A stretch of DNA of 64,000 nt, taken from Chloroflexota bacterium. Lineage in GTDB: Bacteria; Chloroflexota; Dehalococcoidia; JACPEP01. A model generated the notes under the pieces. The model did no database searches and was not told where the DNA came from. It worked only from the letters and a program-made list of their open reading frames with translations. Made by a program: the position numbers and the translations under genes. Position 1 is the first letter of the stretch, and every line of letters starts with the position of its first letter. Positions 9,233 through 19,399 of this stretch are shown piece after piece. The DNA lies in NCBI GenBank assembly GCA_016183425.1, contig JACPEP010000002.1:937-64936 (forward strand). Direction: 5' to 3'.

Positions 9233-10477
9233 ATGCTCCGCATCCTTCATGCCGCTGACCTGCACCTGGGGGTAGAGACCTACGGACACATAAACCCGGA
9301 GACGGGCCTCAACACCCGCCTGGAGGACTGCCTCACCGCCCTGGATGAGGCGGTGGACTATGCTTTGAACAATGACGTCTCCCTATTCCTCTTCTGCGGG
9401 GATGCCTACAAGAGCCGGGAACCCTCTCAGACCCATCAGCGGGAGTTCGCCCTCCGCCTGCGGCGGATGGCCGCCGCCAGCATCCCCGTCTTCCTATTGG
9501 TGGGCAACCACGACCTCCCCGCCGCCCTGGGACGGGCCACCACCATGGACATCTTTCCCGCCCTGGCCGTGGCCCGGGTCACCGTCGCCCGGCAGGGGGG
9601 CACTTATCTCATAGAGACCCGCCACGGCCCCCTCCAGATCATCGCCCTTCCCTGGGCCAGCCGCAGCAGCCTCCTCGCCCAGGAGGAATATAAGAGCCTT
9701 CCCGCGGAAGAGGTGAATCGGCTCATGGAGAAGAAGCTGACCGATTTCATCCAACAGGAGGCTGATTCCCTTCGGGACGACATCCCCGCCATCATGGCAG
9801 CCCACTGGGCCTTCTCCGACGCCGTGCCCGGCTCGGAGCGCACCATGACCCTGGGCCGCGATCCGGTGCTCCTTCCCAGCAGCGTCCCTACCCGACTGGA
9901 TTACGTGGCCCTGGGCCACATCCATCGCCACCAGTCCGCCGGAGGCGGATTGATGCAGCCCCTGCGGGTGTACTCGGGAAGCCTCCAGGCTATGGACTTT
10001 GGAGACGAGGGGCAGGAGAAGGGCTTCTGCGTCGTGGACTTGGATGAAAGGCAGAGTGCCGGGAAGCGGGTAGTGGATTTTCAGTTCCACAAGGTAACCA
10101 ACCGCCCCTTCGTCACCATTAGAGTAGATGTCCGGGGCCGGGAGCCCACCGCCACCGTCCTTCAAGCCATTGCCTCCGCCGGAGGCGGGGTGGCCGGGGC
10201 TATAGTGCGCCTGCAAATCCGCCTCTCTCTCCGGGAAGAGGGGATGCTCCAGGAGACCCAGGTTCGCCGGGCGCTTCAGGAGGCCCATCACTTCGTCATC
10301 GCTCGGGAAATCGTCCAGGAGCAGCGCACCCGCCTGGGCGATGTTTTGCCTCAGGAGCTCACCCCCCTCAAAGCCCTGGAGCTCTACCTCGCCTCCCGCC
10401 AGACGGACCCGGAGCGAGCCCAGGAGCTGATGAAGTATGCCGCCGAGCTTATCGGTGGAGACGGGGCATTCCCCTGA
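9233..10477 (+). CDS. sbcD: Exonuclease SbcD (Mre11 family)
   Basis: HAADLHLG, FCGDAY, VGNHD, DYVALGHIH, YSGSL..DFGDEG. Confidence 0.95.
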   Translation: MLRILHAADLHLGVETYGHINPETGLNTRLEDCLTALDEAVDYALNNDVSLFLFCGDAYKSREPSQTHQREFALRLRRMAAASIPVFLLVGNHDLPAALGRATTMDIFPALAVARVTVARQGGTYLIETRHGPLQIIALPWASRSSLLAQEEYKSLPAEEVNRLMEKKLTDFIQQEADSLRDDIPAIMAAHWAFSDAVPGSERTMTLGRDPVLLPSSVPTRLDYVALGHIHRHQSAGGGLMQPLRVYSGSLQAMDFGDEGQEKGFCVVDLDERQSAGKRVVDFQFHKVTNRPFVTIRVDVRGREPTATVLQAIASAGGGVAGAIVRLQIRLSLREEGMLQETQVRRALQEAHHFVIAREIVQEQRTRLGDVLPQELTPLKALELYLASRQTDPERAQELMKYAAELIGGDGAFP

Positions 10478-10488
10478 GAGGGGAGCCG

Positions 10489-12108
10489 ATGCTTTCCCTT
10501 ACCTTCTACGGCGGAGCCAACGGCATCGGGGGCAACAAAATCCTCCTGGAGGATGGGGATAGCCGCCTCTTCCTCGACTTCGGCACCGATTTTGCCCAAC
10601 GCTACCACTACTTTGAGGAGTATCTCAATCCCCGCCCCGGCCTGGGGCTACTTGACTTCCTGGAGATGGGGTTGCTCCCTCCCCTGGAAGGCATCTACCG
10701 CCGTGATTTAGACCCCGACGGCTCCATTCTCGCCTCTTACACCTCGTCACCCCTCTACCGGGAGGTGGACGTAGAGGGGGTGCTTCTATCCCATGCTCAC
10801 CTGGATCACAGCGGCTATATCTCCTTCCTTAAAGGGGACATCCCCATCTACTCTTCCGCTATGACTGCCTTCGTCGCCAAGGCGGTTCAGGACAGCGGCA
10901 AGGGCGACATGGAGAAGGAGGTATGTTACCTCACACCCAGAGAGCATGTATTCCCCAAGCTGGGCAAGGACAAGCAGGATGGGGAAGGCGCTTTACGGGC
11001 CGCCAACTCGAAAAAGGTAAACGCCAGACAAAGGCCCTTCTACCTATTCGACTGCAATGAACTAACGCCCGGCGCTCGTCGCTTCTGGGCGGACACCCCC
11101 GGCGCCCGCGACCTGGACTCCCGAAGTCCGACACCGGTGGAAGGAATCGGCCCCCTGAGGCTGCGGAATTTCCCTCTGGATCACTCCGTCCCCGGTGCCT
11201 GCGCCTACGCCGTGGAAACCAGTCTGGGGTGGGTGGTCTACACCGGGGATTTGCGTTGGCACGGTAGGCAAGGGCAGTTGACCCGGGACTTCGTACAGAG
11301 CGCTTCACAGTTGCGGCCGGCGGTGCTCATCGGCGAGGGCACCAACGCCCCCCAGGATGCCGATGCGCCGCCCGGCCCTTGTTTCACCGAGGAAGCCGTC
11401 TTCGCCAAAGCCCTGGAAGCGGTCAGAGGGACAAGAGGTTTGGTCATCGCCGACTTCGGGGCCAGGAACGTGGAGCGCCTCTTGACCTTCCGGGAGACGG
11501 CCGGCCTCACGGGACGGCGCCTGGTTATCCTGGCCCGGGATGCCTATCTTTTGGAGGCCATGGGCTATTTGACCCCATCGATTCCCAACATCGCTCAGGA
11601 TCCTTTGCTAGCCATCTACCATGACAGCAAATCCAATCTGGATCGCTGGGAGAGGGGCATCCGTGAGCGCCACCGAGCCAAGCTGGTCACTCCCCAGCAG
11701 ATTCACCAGATGCAGGGGGACTATGTCCTATGCTTCAGCTTCTTTGACATCAACGAGCTCCCCCAGGTTAGGCCGAAAGAGGGCAGCGCCTACATCTACT
11801 CCAGCAGCGAAGCCCACAACGAGGAGCAGGAGATGGATGTGCGCCGCCTCCAGAACTGGCTGCGGCATTTTGACATCCGGGGCATAGGGTTGCCGGTTAA
11901 GGGGGAAATTCCCGTAGAGGAGCGGGGCCTCCACGCCTCGGGGCACGCCAGCGCCGCCGAGCTAGTGGAGCTTATCCGGGGCATCCACCCTCGTGTCTTC
12001 GTCCCGGTGCACACAGAAAACGCCGACTACTTCGTTTCCGGATTGGCGGGGAGCGGCATCCAGGTGAGGGTGCCGCAGTGGGGGGAGAGGATGGAGTTTA
12101 GACAGTGA
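10489..12108 (+). CDS. MBL-fold beta-CASP nuclease (RNase J-like)
   Basis: GGANGIGGN, LSHAHLDH, LDHS, YTGDLR, HASGHAS, PVHTE. Confidence 0.85.
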   Translation: MLSLTFYGGANGIGGNKILLEDGDSRLFLDFGTDFAQRYHYFEEYLNPRPGLGLLDFLEMGLLPPLEGIYRRDLDPDGSILASYTSSPLYREVDVEGVLLSHAHLDHSGYISFLKGDIPIYSSAMTAFVAKAVQDSGKGDMEKEVCYLTPREHVFPKLGKDKQDGEGALRAANSKKVNARQRPFYLFDCNELTPGARRFWADTPGARDLDSRSPTPVEGIGPLRLRNFPLDHSVPGACAYAVETSLGWVVYTGDLRWHGRQGQLTRDFVQSASQLRPAVLIGEGTNAPQDADAPPGPCFTEEAVFAKALEAVRGTRGLVIADFGARNVERLLTFRETAGLTGRRLVILARDAYLLEAMGYLTPSIPNIAQDPLLAIYHDSKSNLDRWERGIRERHRAKLVTPQQIHQMQGDYVLCFSFFDINELPQVRPKEGSAYIYSSSEAHNEEQEMDVRRLQNWLRHFDIRGIGLPVKGEIPVEERGLHASGHASAAELVELIRGIHPRVFVPVHTENADYFVSGLAGSGIQVRVPQWGERMEFRQ

Positions 12109-14693
12109 TCCCCCTCCGCCTCGCTCTGCGCAACTTCATGTGCTATCGGGACAACATCCCGCCCCTGGAGCTGGCAGGCTACCCAGTGGTCTGCTTCTCC
12201 GGAGACAACGGCCATGGCAAATCGGCCCTTTTGGAGGCCATGACCTGGGCCTTATGGGGCGAGACTCGCTCCAAAAGCGACGACGAGCTTATCCATCTGG
12301 GCCAACGGGAGATGGAGGTGCAACTGGACTTCGCCGTGGGTGAGGAGCGCTTTCGGGTAATCCGCAAGCACTCCCGAAGTCGCCCCGACCCGGTGAACCC
12401 GCGCCGCTCCATCTCCGGCCAGACCTTTCTAGAGCTTCAGCAGGCCACTGGCGATGGATTTAAACCCATCACCGGCAACTCCCTTCGGGAGACGGAGCAA
12501 CGCCTGAGGGAAATCCTGGGCATGGACTACGAGACCTTCATCAACAGTGCCTTCCTCCTCCAGGGTCGAGCCGATGAGTTCACCCTGAAGCCCCCTGGGG
12601 AGCGCAAGAAGATACTGGCCGAGATCCTGGGTCTCTCTCTTTACGACCAGTGGGAGGAGCGTGCCAGGGCCTTGAGCCGAGAAAGGGAAGGGCAGGCTCA
12701 GGAGCTGGCCCGTCAAGTGGCGCAGATGGAAGAAGAGCTGGAGCAGAAGCTATCTCTGGAAGGCCAGTTAACGGACATCCGCCTTGCTCTGGAGCAGGTG
12801 AATGGGCAGGTGAAAAACCAGGAAGAGGCCCTCGCCGCCCTTCGGGATCGGCGAAGCCAACTGGAGTCAAAAAAGGGGCAACTTGAGGAGGTGACCCAAC
12901 GTCTTCAGCGCTCCCGGAAAGAGTGGGAAATTGCAGAAGGTGAGGTTCGACAGCATCGAGAGAATATCGCTCGCTACCAGCAACTCCTGAGCCAGCAGGA
13001 GGACATAGAGGCCAGTCATGCCCAATTGCTGGAGGCGCAGCGGGAAACCGAAGCCTGGAATCAGAAGCTGTCGCAACTTCTTCCTCTTATGACGCAACGG
13101 GGCCACCTCCAGCAGCAATTGGAGCGAGTTCGGGGTCAGCTCCAGACCCATGAGGCACAGCTCTTGGGCCAGGTGGAGGAGCGACAAAAGAAGGTTTCTC
13201 AACTGGCCCATTGGGAGGCAGAGCTTACCGGTTGCCTCGCCCAGGAGACAGAGCTGGATAAGATGGAAGAAGCCCTGGAAAAGGAACGGCAGCACCATGA
13301 CCTACTCTCCCAAGAATGGCAGCGCCTCAAGGCGGCCAACCAACAATTGAGGGAGGAAATGCAGGCCCTGCGGGATAAAATAGATCTCCTGGCCCAGGGG
13401 GACCTCACTCAATGCCCCCTCTGTGGCCAGGCACTGGGCTCTGGCGAACGCGAAAGCATCGAGGCCCACTACCACTCTGAAGGCCTGACCAGAAAAGAGG
13501 CTTACCAGGCCAACGAAAAAGCCCTTCGAGGACTCCTCGAGGAGCGAGAGGCGATGAAGAAGCAGATAGCGGTGGCAGAGGAGAGAGCACGACGGGAGCG
13601 GCCCCTCGTTAAAGCCAAAATGTTGGTGCTGGAAAAGGATATCCAGGAAGGAAGGAAGGCGTCCGAGGAGATAGATGCCCTAAAAGACGGCCTGGCCCTG
13701 ATCAAGGAAAGGCTGTCCAGAGGCGACTTCGCCAGTGAAGAAAAGAGGGAGCTGACGGGGCTGGAGGCACAGATAGCCGCCTTGGCATACGACCAGGAAA
13801 AGCATGAAATGGTTCGCCATCGTCTCCAAAGGCTGGAGAGCTACCAGCCTCTGAAGCAGCAATTGGACGAGGCCCTAAAGGCCCTCCGTTTGGAAGAGAC
13901 TGCCTTGCAAAGAGCGGAGCGGGCCGGCGAGGGATGTCGTCGCTTGATAGAGGAAGATAGCCGCCAGACGGCATCGCTGGAGGAGGAGATAGCCCTCCTG
14001 CCTCAGATAGAGGGGGAGCTAGAGGCGGGCCAGCGCAGCCGGGAAGCGCTGAATCAGAGAGGTGGAGACCTTCATCGGGCTCTGGGGGCTGTGGAGCAGA
14101 GCCTGGAGCACCTGAGCCGACAGGAAAAACTCCGAGGGGAGAAGATAGCCGAGCAAGGGATACGTCTTAAGGAAAAAAACATCTACGCCGAACTGGCGGT
14201 GGCTTTCAGTAAGCGGGGCATCCAGGCTCTTATTATTGAATCTGTCCTGCCGGAATTGGAGATGGAGGCCAATCGGCTTCTGGGACGGATGACGGAGAAC
14301 GGAATGCATATCAAGCTGGAGACGCAGCGGGAAACCCGCCGCGGAGAAACCACGGAGACTCTGGATATCAAGATTGCCGATGACCTGGGTACCCGTAGCT
14401 ACGAGTTGTACAGCGGGGGGGAGGCCTTCCGTATCAACTTTGCCCTGCGGGTTGGTTTGGCAAAACTTTTGGCCCGTCGTGCCGGAGCGCCTCTGCCTAC
14501 CCTCATCATCGACGAGGGTTTTGGCACCCAGGATGATACTGGGATAGAGAAGCTAGTGGAGGCAATAAACTTCATCCAAGAAGACTTTCAGTGCATCGTA
14601 GTCATCACCCACATCTCTCAGTTGAAAGATGCCTTCCCAGTGCGCATCCAGGTGACCAAAACGGAGGAGGGCTCTACCTTCGCTATGGTCTAG
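12105..14693 (+). CDS. sbcC: SMC-family ATPase SbcC (Rad50-like)
   Basis: Walker A GDNGHGKS, coiled coils, zinc hook CPLC, signature YSGGE, Walker B LIIDEGFG. Confidence 0.95.
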   Translation: MIPLRLALRNFMCYRDNIPPLELAGYPVVCFSGDNGHGKSALLEAMTWALWGETRSKSDDELIHLGQREMEVQLDFAVGEERFRVIRKHSRSRPDPVNPRRSISGQTFLELQQATGDGFKPITGNSLRETEQRLREILGMDYETFINSAFLLQGRADEFTLKPPGERKKILAEILGLSLYDQWEERARALSREREGQAQELARQVAQMEEELEQKLSLEGQLTDIRLALEQVNGQVKNQEEALAALRDRRSQLESKKGQLEEVTQRLQRSRKEWEIAEGEVRQHRENIARYQQLLSQQEDIEASHAQLLEAQRETEAWNQKLSQLLPLMTQRGHLQQQLERVRGQLQTHEAQLLGQVEERQKKVSQLAHWEAELTGCLAQETELDKMEEALEKERQHHDLLSQEWQRLKAANQQLREEMQALRDKIDLLAQGDLTQCPLCGQALGSGERESIEAHYHSEGLTRKEAYQANEKALRGLLEEREAMKKQIAVAEERARRERPLVKAKMLVLEKDIQEGRKASEEIDALKDGLALIKERLSRGDFASEEKRELTGLEAQIAALAYDQEKHEMVRHRLQRLESYQPLKQQLDEALKALRLEETALQRAERAGEGCRRLIEEDSRQTASLEEEIALLPQIEGELEAGQRSREALNQRGGDLHRALGAVEQSLEHLSRQEKLRGEKIAEQGIRLKEKNIYAELAVAFSKRGIQALIIESVLPELEMEANRLLGRMTENGMHIKLETQRETRRGETTETLDIKIADDLGTRSYELYSGGEAFRINFALRVGLAKLLARRAGAPLPTLIIDEGFGTQDDTGIEKLVEAINFIQEDFQCIVVITHISQLKDAFPVRIQVTKTEEGSTFAMV

Positions 14694-14723
14694 GGTTTAT
14701 GCGCACCGGAGTTGGCCCTTCCT

Positions 14724-16283
14724 TCAAGCAATGATTTGGACGAAAACAGTGTGGTAGCCGCTGGCACCGTCCGGGAAGGGTTCGGCCACGACTGAGGCTT
14801 GGGGCCATCCGGTGCCATCGATGGCCCTTACTTTGATGTCGTAGGTTCCTGGCCCGGCAGGAAACCAGCTATAGCGCCACAATACCCAGCTATAGGACGA
14901 CCGGGCTTCTTGGAGCTGTGCCGGTTGCCATTGTTTCCCGCCGTCGGTGCTCACCTCCACCCGGACGATGCCTCTATCTCCGCCCACAGCCACCCCAGTC
15001 AGGCCAACCATTCCCATGGGAAGGCGCAACCCATTGACCGGCCAGTCTATCCGCGATGTGGTCTTGATGCTTGCCTCGTCGCTCCAGCCCACTTCCTGCC
15101 AAAAGCCCAAGAAGTCGTGATCCACCAGCTCTATATCCGTCACCCACTTCACGTTCTTCATGCCGTATATCCCGGGAACGATGATTCGAGCCGGGAAGCC
15201 ATGTTTAGGAGACAATGGCTCGCCATTCATCTCGTAGGCAACCAAGGTTGCCTCATCCAGGGCTTTGCTCAGGGGGATACTATCGGCGTAGTCATCGGTG
15301 GCGCGAAAAACCACGTCCTGTACCTCCGGCTTCACCCCTGCTGTGCCCAACAGGAAAGCCAGGGGCACCCCCCGCCAGCGAGCATTGCCCATGAGGTCGC
15401 CGCCAACGCTGTTGCTGATGCACTCCAGGGTCACCATCTCCATCACCTGGGGTAGAGCTTTCAGCTCTTCGTAGCTCAGACTCAGGGGTCGTCCTACTAA
15501 CCCTTGAACTCTTAACCGCCACCCTGCCGATGACACTACTGGGTCAAAGAAATTCTTGGACACGGTGTAGAATTTATCATTGGGGGTTATCTCGGACGGG
15601 GGGGGAGTAGTGACGGAGGAGGCTATACCCAGGCGCTCCAGGGGAGAGTAGAAACGATAAAGAGCGCCGCCCGCGGCCACGGCCACTATCCCCACCGAGA
15701 GCTTGCCCACGAACTGACGCCGCCCTAGGTCCACCACTGGAGAGGGCGATTTCGCCGCTATGGAAGACAAACGGCGGTACATATAGGTTAAGGACGCGCT
15801 ATAGGCTAGAGAAAGAGGAACAAAAAAGGGCCAAGGGAAATAGTCCGTTCCCGATGTCAGAGACCATGCCCAGGCCAAAAACCATAAGAATAGAGAAAGG
15901 GCAACGGCGTCTACCACCCACCAACTTCTTTCTCCCGTCCCTACCCTACGCCAGGGCATCCATAGTGCCAGAGAGGCCCACACTCCCCCCATCCCTCCAC
16001 CAGCAGCGGTTAGCATTGCCAGGATGCCCACCATAAGAAGGATCTTGGCCCAGTAGCCAAGAAGCTCCAGAAGAAAGCTGAAGAGCACGGGAGGCATGGC
16101 CAAGACCAGCCATCCCACCAGGGGCTGAAGGGGGGACAGGATGCCTAACAGAGGGGGTAGCGCAAGGAGGGCCCCTACTATCGGTAGGGAAGCCAGCAAT
16201 CCTGCCCAGAACCCTTTAGTCCCTCTTTCCCTTAGAAGATAGGCTTGGTTTTTCCAGTCGCTCACTATATTCATCCTGGACAA
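14724..16283 (-). CDS. Membrane-anchored molybdopterin oxidoreductase (sulfite oxidase/MsrP family)
   Basis: TLECISN Mo-ligand Cys, HGFPARIIVPGIYGMKNVKW, Ig-like C-terminus; N-terminal TM helices followed by GRRQFV. Confidence 0.9.
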   Translation of the reverse strand: MSRMNIVSDWKNQAYLLRERGTKGFWAGLLASLPIVGALLALPPLLGILSPLQPLVGWLVLAMPPVLFSFLLELLGYWAKILLMVGILAMLTAAGGGMGGVWASLALWMPWRRVGTGERSWWVVDAVALSLFLWFLAWAWSLTSGTDYFPWPFFVPLSLAYSASLTYMYRRLSSIAAKSPSPVVDLGRRQFVGKLSVGIVAVAAGGALYRFYSPLERLGIASSVTTPPPSEITPNDKFYTVSKNFFDPVVSSAGWRLRVQGLVGRPLSLSYEELKALPQVMEMVTLECISNSVGGDLMGNARWRGVPLAFLLGTAGVKPEVQDVVFRATDDYADSIPLSKALDEATLVAYEMNGEPLSPKHGFPARIIVPGIYGMKNVKWVTDIELVDHDFLGFWQEVGWSDEASIKTTSRIDWPVNGLRLPMGMVGLTGVAVGGDRGIVRVEVSTDGGKQWQPAQLQEARSSYSWVLWRYSWFPAGPGTYDIKVRAIDGTGWPQASVVAEPFPDGASGYHTVFVQIIA

Positions 16284-16315
16284 CGCTGCCGAGGGCTTTA
16301 AGCCCTCGGCAGCGT
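16283..16315. promoter_or_regulatory. Perfect 15-bp stem hairpin at the oxidoreductase start region
   Basis: ACGCTGCCGAGGGCT-TTA-AGCCCTCGGCAGCGT; no U-tract. Confidence 0.6.
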
Positions 16316-16419
16316 ATCTGACCGTGGCGGTGTTAACTGGACATATTATATCAGGTCTGAGCCGAGGATGCTATAGTCGAGGGGGATACTGAGGGGTATT
16401 CAGCCCGAGATCGGCTCTA

Positions 16420-16447
16420 TTGACACCTCCTTTGTCAGTACTATACT
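16420..16447 (+). promoter_or_regulatory. Sigma70-type promoter
   Basis: TTGACA-N16-TATACT. Confidence 0.55.
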
Positions 16448-16484
16448 ATGCCCTAGTTCAACATCGCCCAGAAAGGACTGCACC

Positions 16485-17279
16485 ATGCAAATGAGCATAA
16501 ACGGCCTATCATTGAACTACGAGATAACGGGGCAGGGCCCCTGCCTCGTCCTCATCCACGGCGCCGGGGACAATCTAGGCATGTGGTACAACCAGGTGCC
16601 CGTTTTTGCAAAGGAGTACCGCGTGCTCACCTATGACGTGCGGGGATTTGGCCAATCGGAGATTTCAGATGGGGAGTATACCATGGGAGATCTGGCCGAT
16701 GACTTGAGCCAGCTCCTGAAGGCTCTGGATATCCGGCAGGCCTGCGTTCTGGGCTACTCCCGAGGGGGCATGATAGCCATGCACTGCGCCATCAATTACC
16801 CCCAGCAGGTTAAGGCCCTCATATTAGCCAACAGTGGTGGTGGAGCAGTGCCCAACGTCATCCCCGTCCCTGCCCTGGAACGCTTCACCGCTATGACGGA
16901 AACTATCAGAAAGCACGGATTCGCCCCCGTCATTGACAAGAGCACGGCCGCCTCCTTTTCTCCCTCTTTCCCTGGGGACAACCCCGCTGCCTTTCACCGG
17001 TACAAGACAGTTCGCTTACAGAACGATCCTCAGAGCTATGTCAGAGCGATGACCCTGGCGCTACGAACTCCTGTAGACGCCAGCGCCGTGAGTTGCCCTA
17101 CCCTGATCATTGCTGGCGAGCAAGATAGCTACATGAGCCTGGAGACCGCACAAAAGCTACAGCGTCTTATACCTCACTGCCAGCTAAGAATATTCTCCAC
17201 TGGCCACGCCGCCGCCATCGAGGCACCGGAGGGATTCAATGCAGCCGTGCTTGAGTTCCTCAGGGCGCTACCCGACTAG
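16485..17279 (+). CDS. Alpha/beta hydrolase (enol-lactone hydrolase-like)
   Basis: LIHGAG, YDVRGFG, nucleophile elbow GYSRGG, C-terminal GHAAAIE. Confidence 0.9.
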   Translation: MQMSINGLSLNYEITGQGPCLVLIHGAGDNLGMWYNQVPVFAKEYRVLTYDVRGFGQSEISDGEYTMGDLADDLSQLLKALDIRQACVLGYSRGGMIAMHCAINYPQQVKALILANSGGGAVPNVIPVPALERFTAMTETIRKHGFAPVIDKSTAASFSPSFPGDNPAAFHRYKTVRLQNDPQSYVRAMTLALRTPVDASAVSCPTLIIAGEQDSYMSLETAQKLQRLIPHCQLRIFSTGHAAAIEAPEGFNAAVLEFLRALPD

Positions 17280-17312
17280 GGGTCCCCCCCTCCCGCCGAC
17301 TTTTAGATTAGT

Positions 17313-18215
17313 CTAGCGTCCCCTGAGGCGGGGGTCCAATACGTCCCGCAAACCATCGCCAAAGAGGTTGATACCCAGCACCAGGACAAATATCGCCGCT
17401 CCCGGCCAGATGGATAGCCAAGGGGCGATGATCAGGTATCCATATCCAATGCGGAGCATGGAACCCCATGTGGGCTCCGGCGGCTGAACACCCAGTCCCA
17501 GGAAGCTAAGGGAGGCCTCGATGAGGATGGCAAAGGCTACGTATAGAGACGCCTGCACAATTATAGGTGATAAACAGTTGGGAAAGACATGGAGCATAGA
17601 GATACGCGTTGGGCCAGCCCCCAGCACCCGGGCCGCCATGACGTAATCGTTCTCTCGTACTGAGAGCACCTGGCCTCGAAGCAGCCGAGCGAAGGTGGGT
17701 ATACCAGTAATGGAGATGGCAACCATGGCACCAATGAGCCCCGGCCCGGCCATGGCGGCGATGGCCAGCGCCAACACCAGGGAGGGGAAGGCTAAGATGG
17801 CGTCCACCAGTCTCATAATTAACTCGTCTACTTTGGTACCCCCCATATAGCCGCTAATGAGGCCCAGAGGAAGACCCCCCGCCAGGGCGATGCCCGTGGT
17901 CAACAGCCCGATGTACATGGACACCCGAGCACCATAGATAACCCTTGCCAGGACATCCCGCCCCAGGTGATCGGTGCCCAGCCAGTGGACAGCGCTCTGA
18001 GGCTGGAGAGTCGCCCTGAGGTTCTGCTCGATGGGGTCGTAGGGGGAAATCCACGGAGCAAAAATGGCCACTAGCCCGGTTAAAACGACGACCACTAGCC
18101 CAGCCACCGCCAGCGGGCTGCGGCTGAAACGCTCCCAGAACTCCCCTAAGAAACCGGTCTCCCGAACCCTCCGCTCAAAAGCGGCTGCAATTGCTTGTTC
18201 ACTTATCTCAGCCAT
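17313..18215 (-). CDS. Peptide/nickel ABC transporter permease (DppC-like)
   Basis: HWLGTDHLGRDVLAR, EAA-type loop YVMAARVLGA, EASLSFLGLG. Confidence 0.92.
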   Translation of the reverse strand: MAEISEQAIAAAFERRVRETGFLGEFWERFSRSPLAVAGLVVVVLTGLVAIFAPWISPYDPIEQNLRATLQPQSAVHWLGTDHLGRDVLARVIYGARVSMYIGLLTTGIALAGGLPLGLISGYMGGTKVDELIMRLVDAILAFPSLVLALAIAAMAGPGLIGAMVAISITGIPTFARLLRGQVLSVRENDYVMAARVLGAGPTRISMLHVFPNCLSPIIVQASLYVAFAILIEASLSFLGLGVQPPEPTWGSMLRIGYGYLIIAPWLSIWPGAAIFVLVLGINLFGDGLRDVLDPRLRGR

Positions 18216-18228
18216 GGTTCTCTCCTCC

Positions 18229-19173
18229 CTATCCGTACTTGATTCTGGGGTCTAGATAGGAGTACAGGACATCTGCCAGCAGGTTACTGAAGAGCACTGC
18301 CAGAGCCATTACGAAAACCACCCCCTGAACCACAGTGAAGTCTCTTGCGAAGATAGACTCCACCCCCAGTCGCCCGACGCCGGGGATGGCGAAGATGGTT
18401 TCCGTGATGACTGCCCCACCCATCATTCGACCCAGGTGAAGGCAGGCAATGGTTACTACCGGCAAGAGGGCATTCTTTAGGGCATGGCTCACAATTACCG
18501 TGCGCTCCGTTAGACCTTTTGACCAGGCGGTGCGAATGTAGTCCTGGCTCATTACATCCAGCATGCTAGAGCGAGTTTGACGCATCAACGTCGCCGCCGA
18601 GTGTATGCCCATGGAGAAAGCGGGCATGAGGCTCATCTGTAGACTCTTCAAGGGGTCGTCCCATAAGGTGACAAACCCGGCCGCCGGCAACCAGCGGAGA
18701 AGATAGGCAAAAACAAAGATGAGGAGGATGGCCAACCAAAAGTTGGGCAAGGCCACTCCGGCGATGGAGAAGAGGGTGGCAAACACATCTGACGCTGAGT
18801 ACTTCCGAACCGCCGATATAATCCCCCCCGGTATGGCGATTACGAAAGCGAAAATGTAGGCAATGAAGGCCAGTTGGAGGGTTATGGGAAGCCGCCGCAC
18901 AATCTCATCCGCCACCGGGATGCCTACCCGCACCGAGTGGCCCAAGTCACCCCGAATAGCTCGGCCCACCCAGTCTAGATACCTCAAGTGGATGGGCAGG
19001 TCCAGCTTCAGGTCATGGCGCAGCATGGCCTCCAGCTTGGGATCCCATTGCTCACCCAGCATCAAGGTCACTGGATCCCCAGGCAACAAGGCCACGATGG
19101 CGAAAATGGCCACCGTCACCAGAAATACGGTGGGGATCATGGTGAAGAATCTTTGTATAAGGTACTTGGTCAT
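18229..19173 (-). CDS. Peptide/nickel ABC transporter permease (DppB-like)
   Basis: PGDP, RGDLGHS, DYIRTAWSKGL, TETIFAIPGVG. Confidence 0.92.
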   Translation of the reverse strand: MTKYLIQRFFTMIPTVFLVTVAIFAIVALLPGDPVTLMLGEQWDPKLEAMLRHDLKLDLPIHLRYLDWVGRAIRGDLGHSVRVGIPVADEIVRRLPITLQLAFIAYIFAFVIAIPGGIISAVRKYSASDVFATLFSIAGVALPNFWLAILLIFVFAYLLRWLPAAGFVTLWDDPLKSLQMSLMPAFSMGIHSAATLMRQTRSSMLDVMSQDYIRTAWSKGLTERTVIVSHALKNALLPVVTIACLHLGRMMGGAVITETIFAIPGVGRLGVESIFARDFTVVQGVVFVMALAVLFSNLLADVLYSYLDPRIKYG

Positions 19174-19399
19174 ATCCTCTCTCCCCCCCTTTACCTCTCA
19201 ATCACGGCCTCCGGCAAGGAGCACTTAACACCTCGCTCCACCGCCGAAAGCTAACTGTTTATTATCAAGTCTAAGCCGAGGCCAATAAAATTGCAACTAG
19301 TTTTTTCGCTATTTTTAACTCCCTTTCTTTGACTCAGGCCACTAGTAGTGCCTCAAAAATCATACGCCATAACATGGGAGGTCGCTCTAACGTTATTCC

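Noticed and set aside
16349-19281. 17/19 near-repeat TATCARGTCTRAGCCGAGG at 16349 and 19263, both upstream of minus-strand genes
   Set aside because: A match of this quality is expected by chance several times in 64 kb; only two copies
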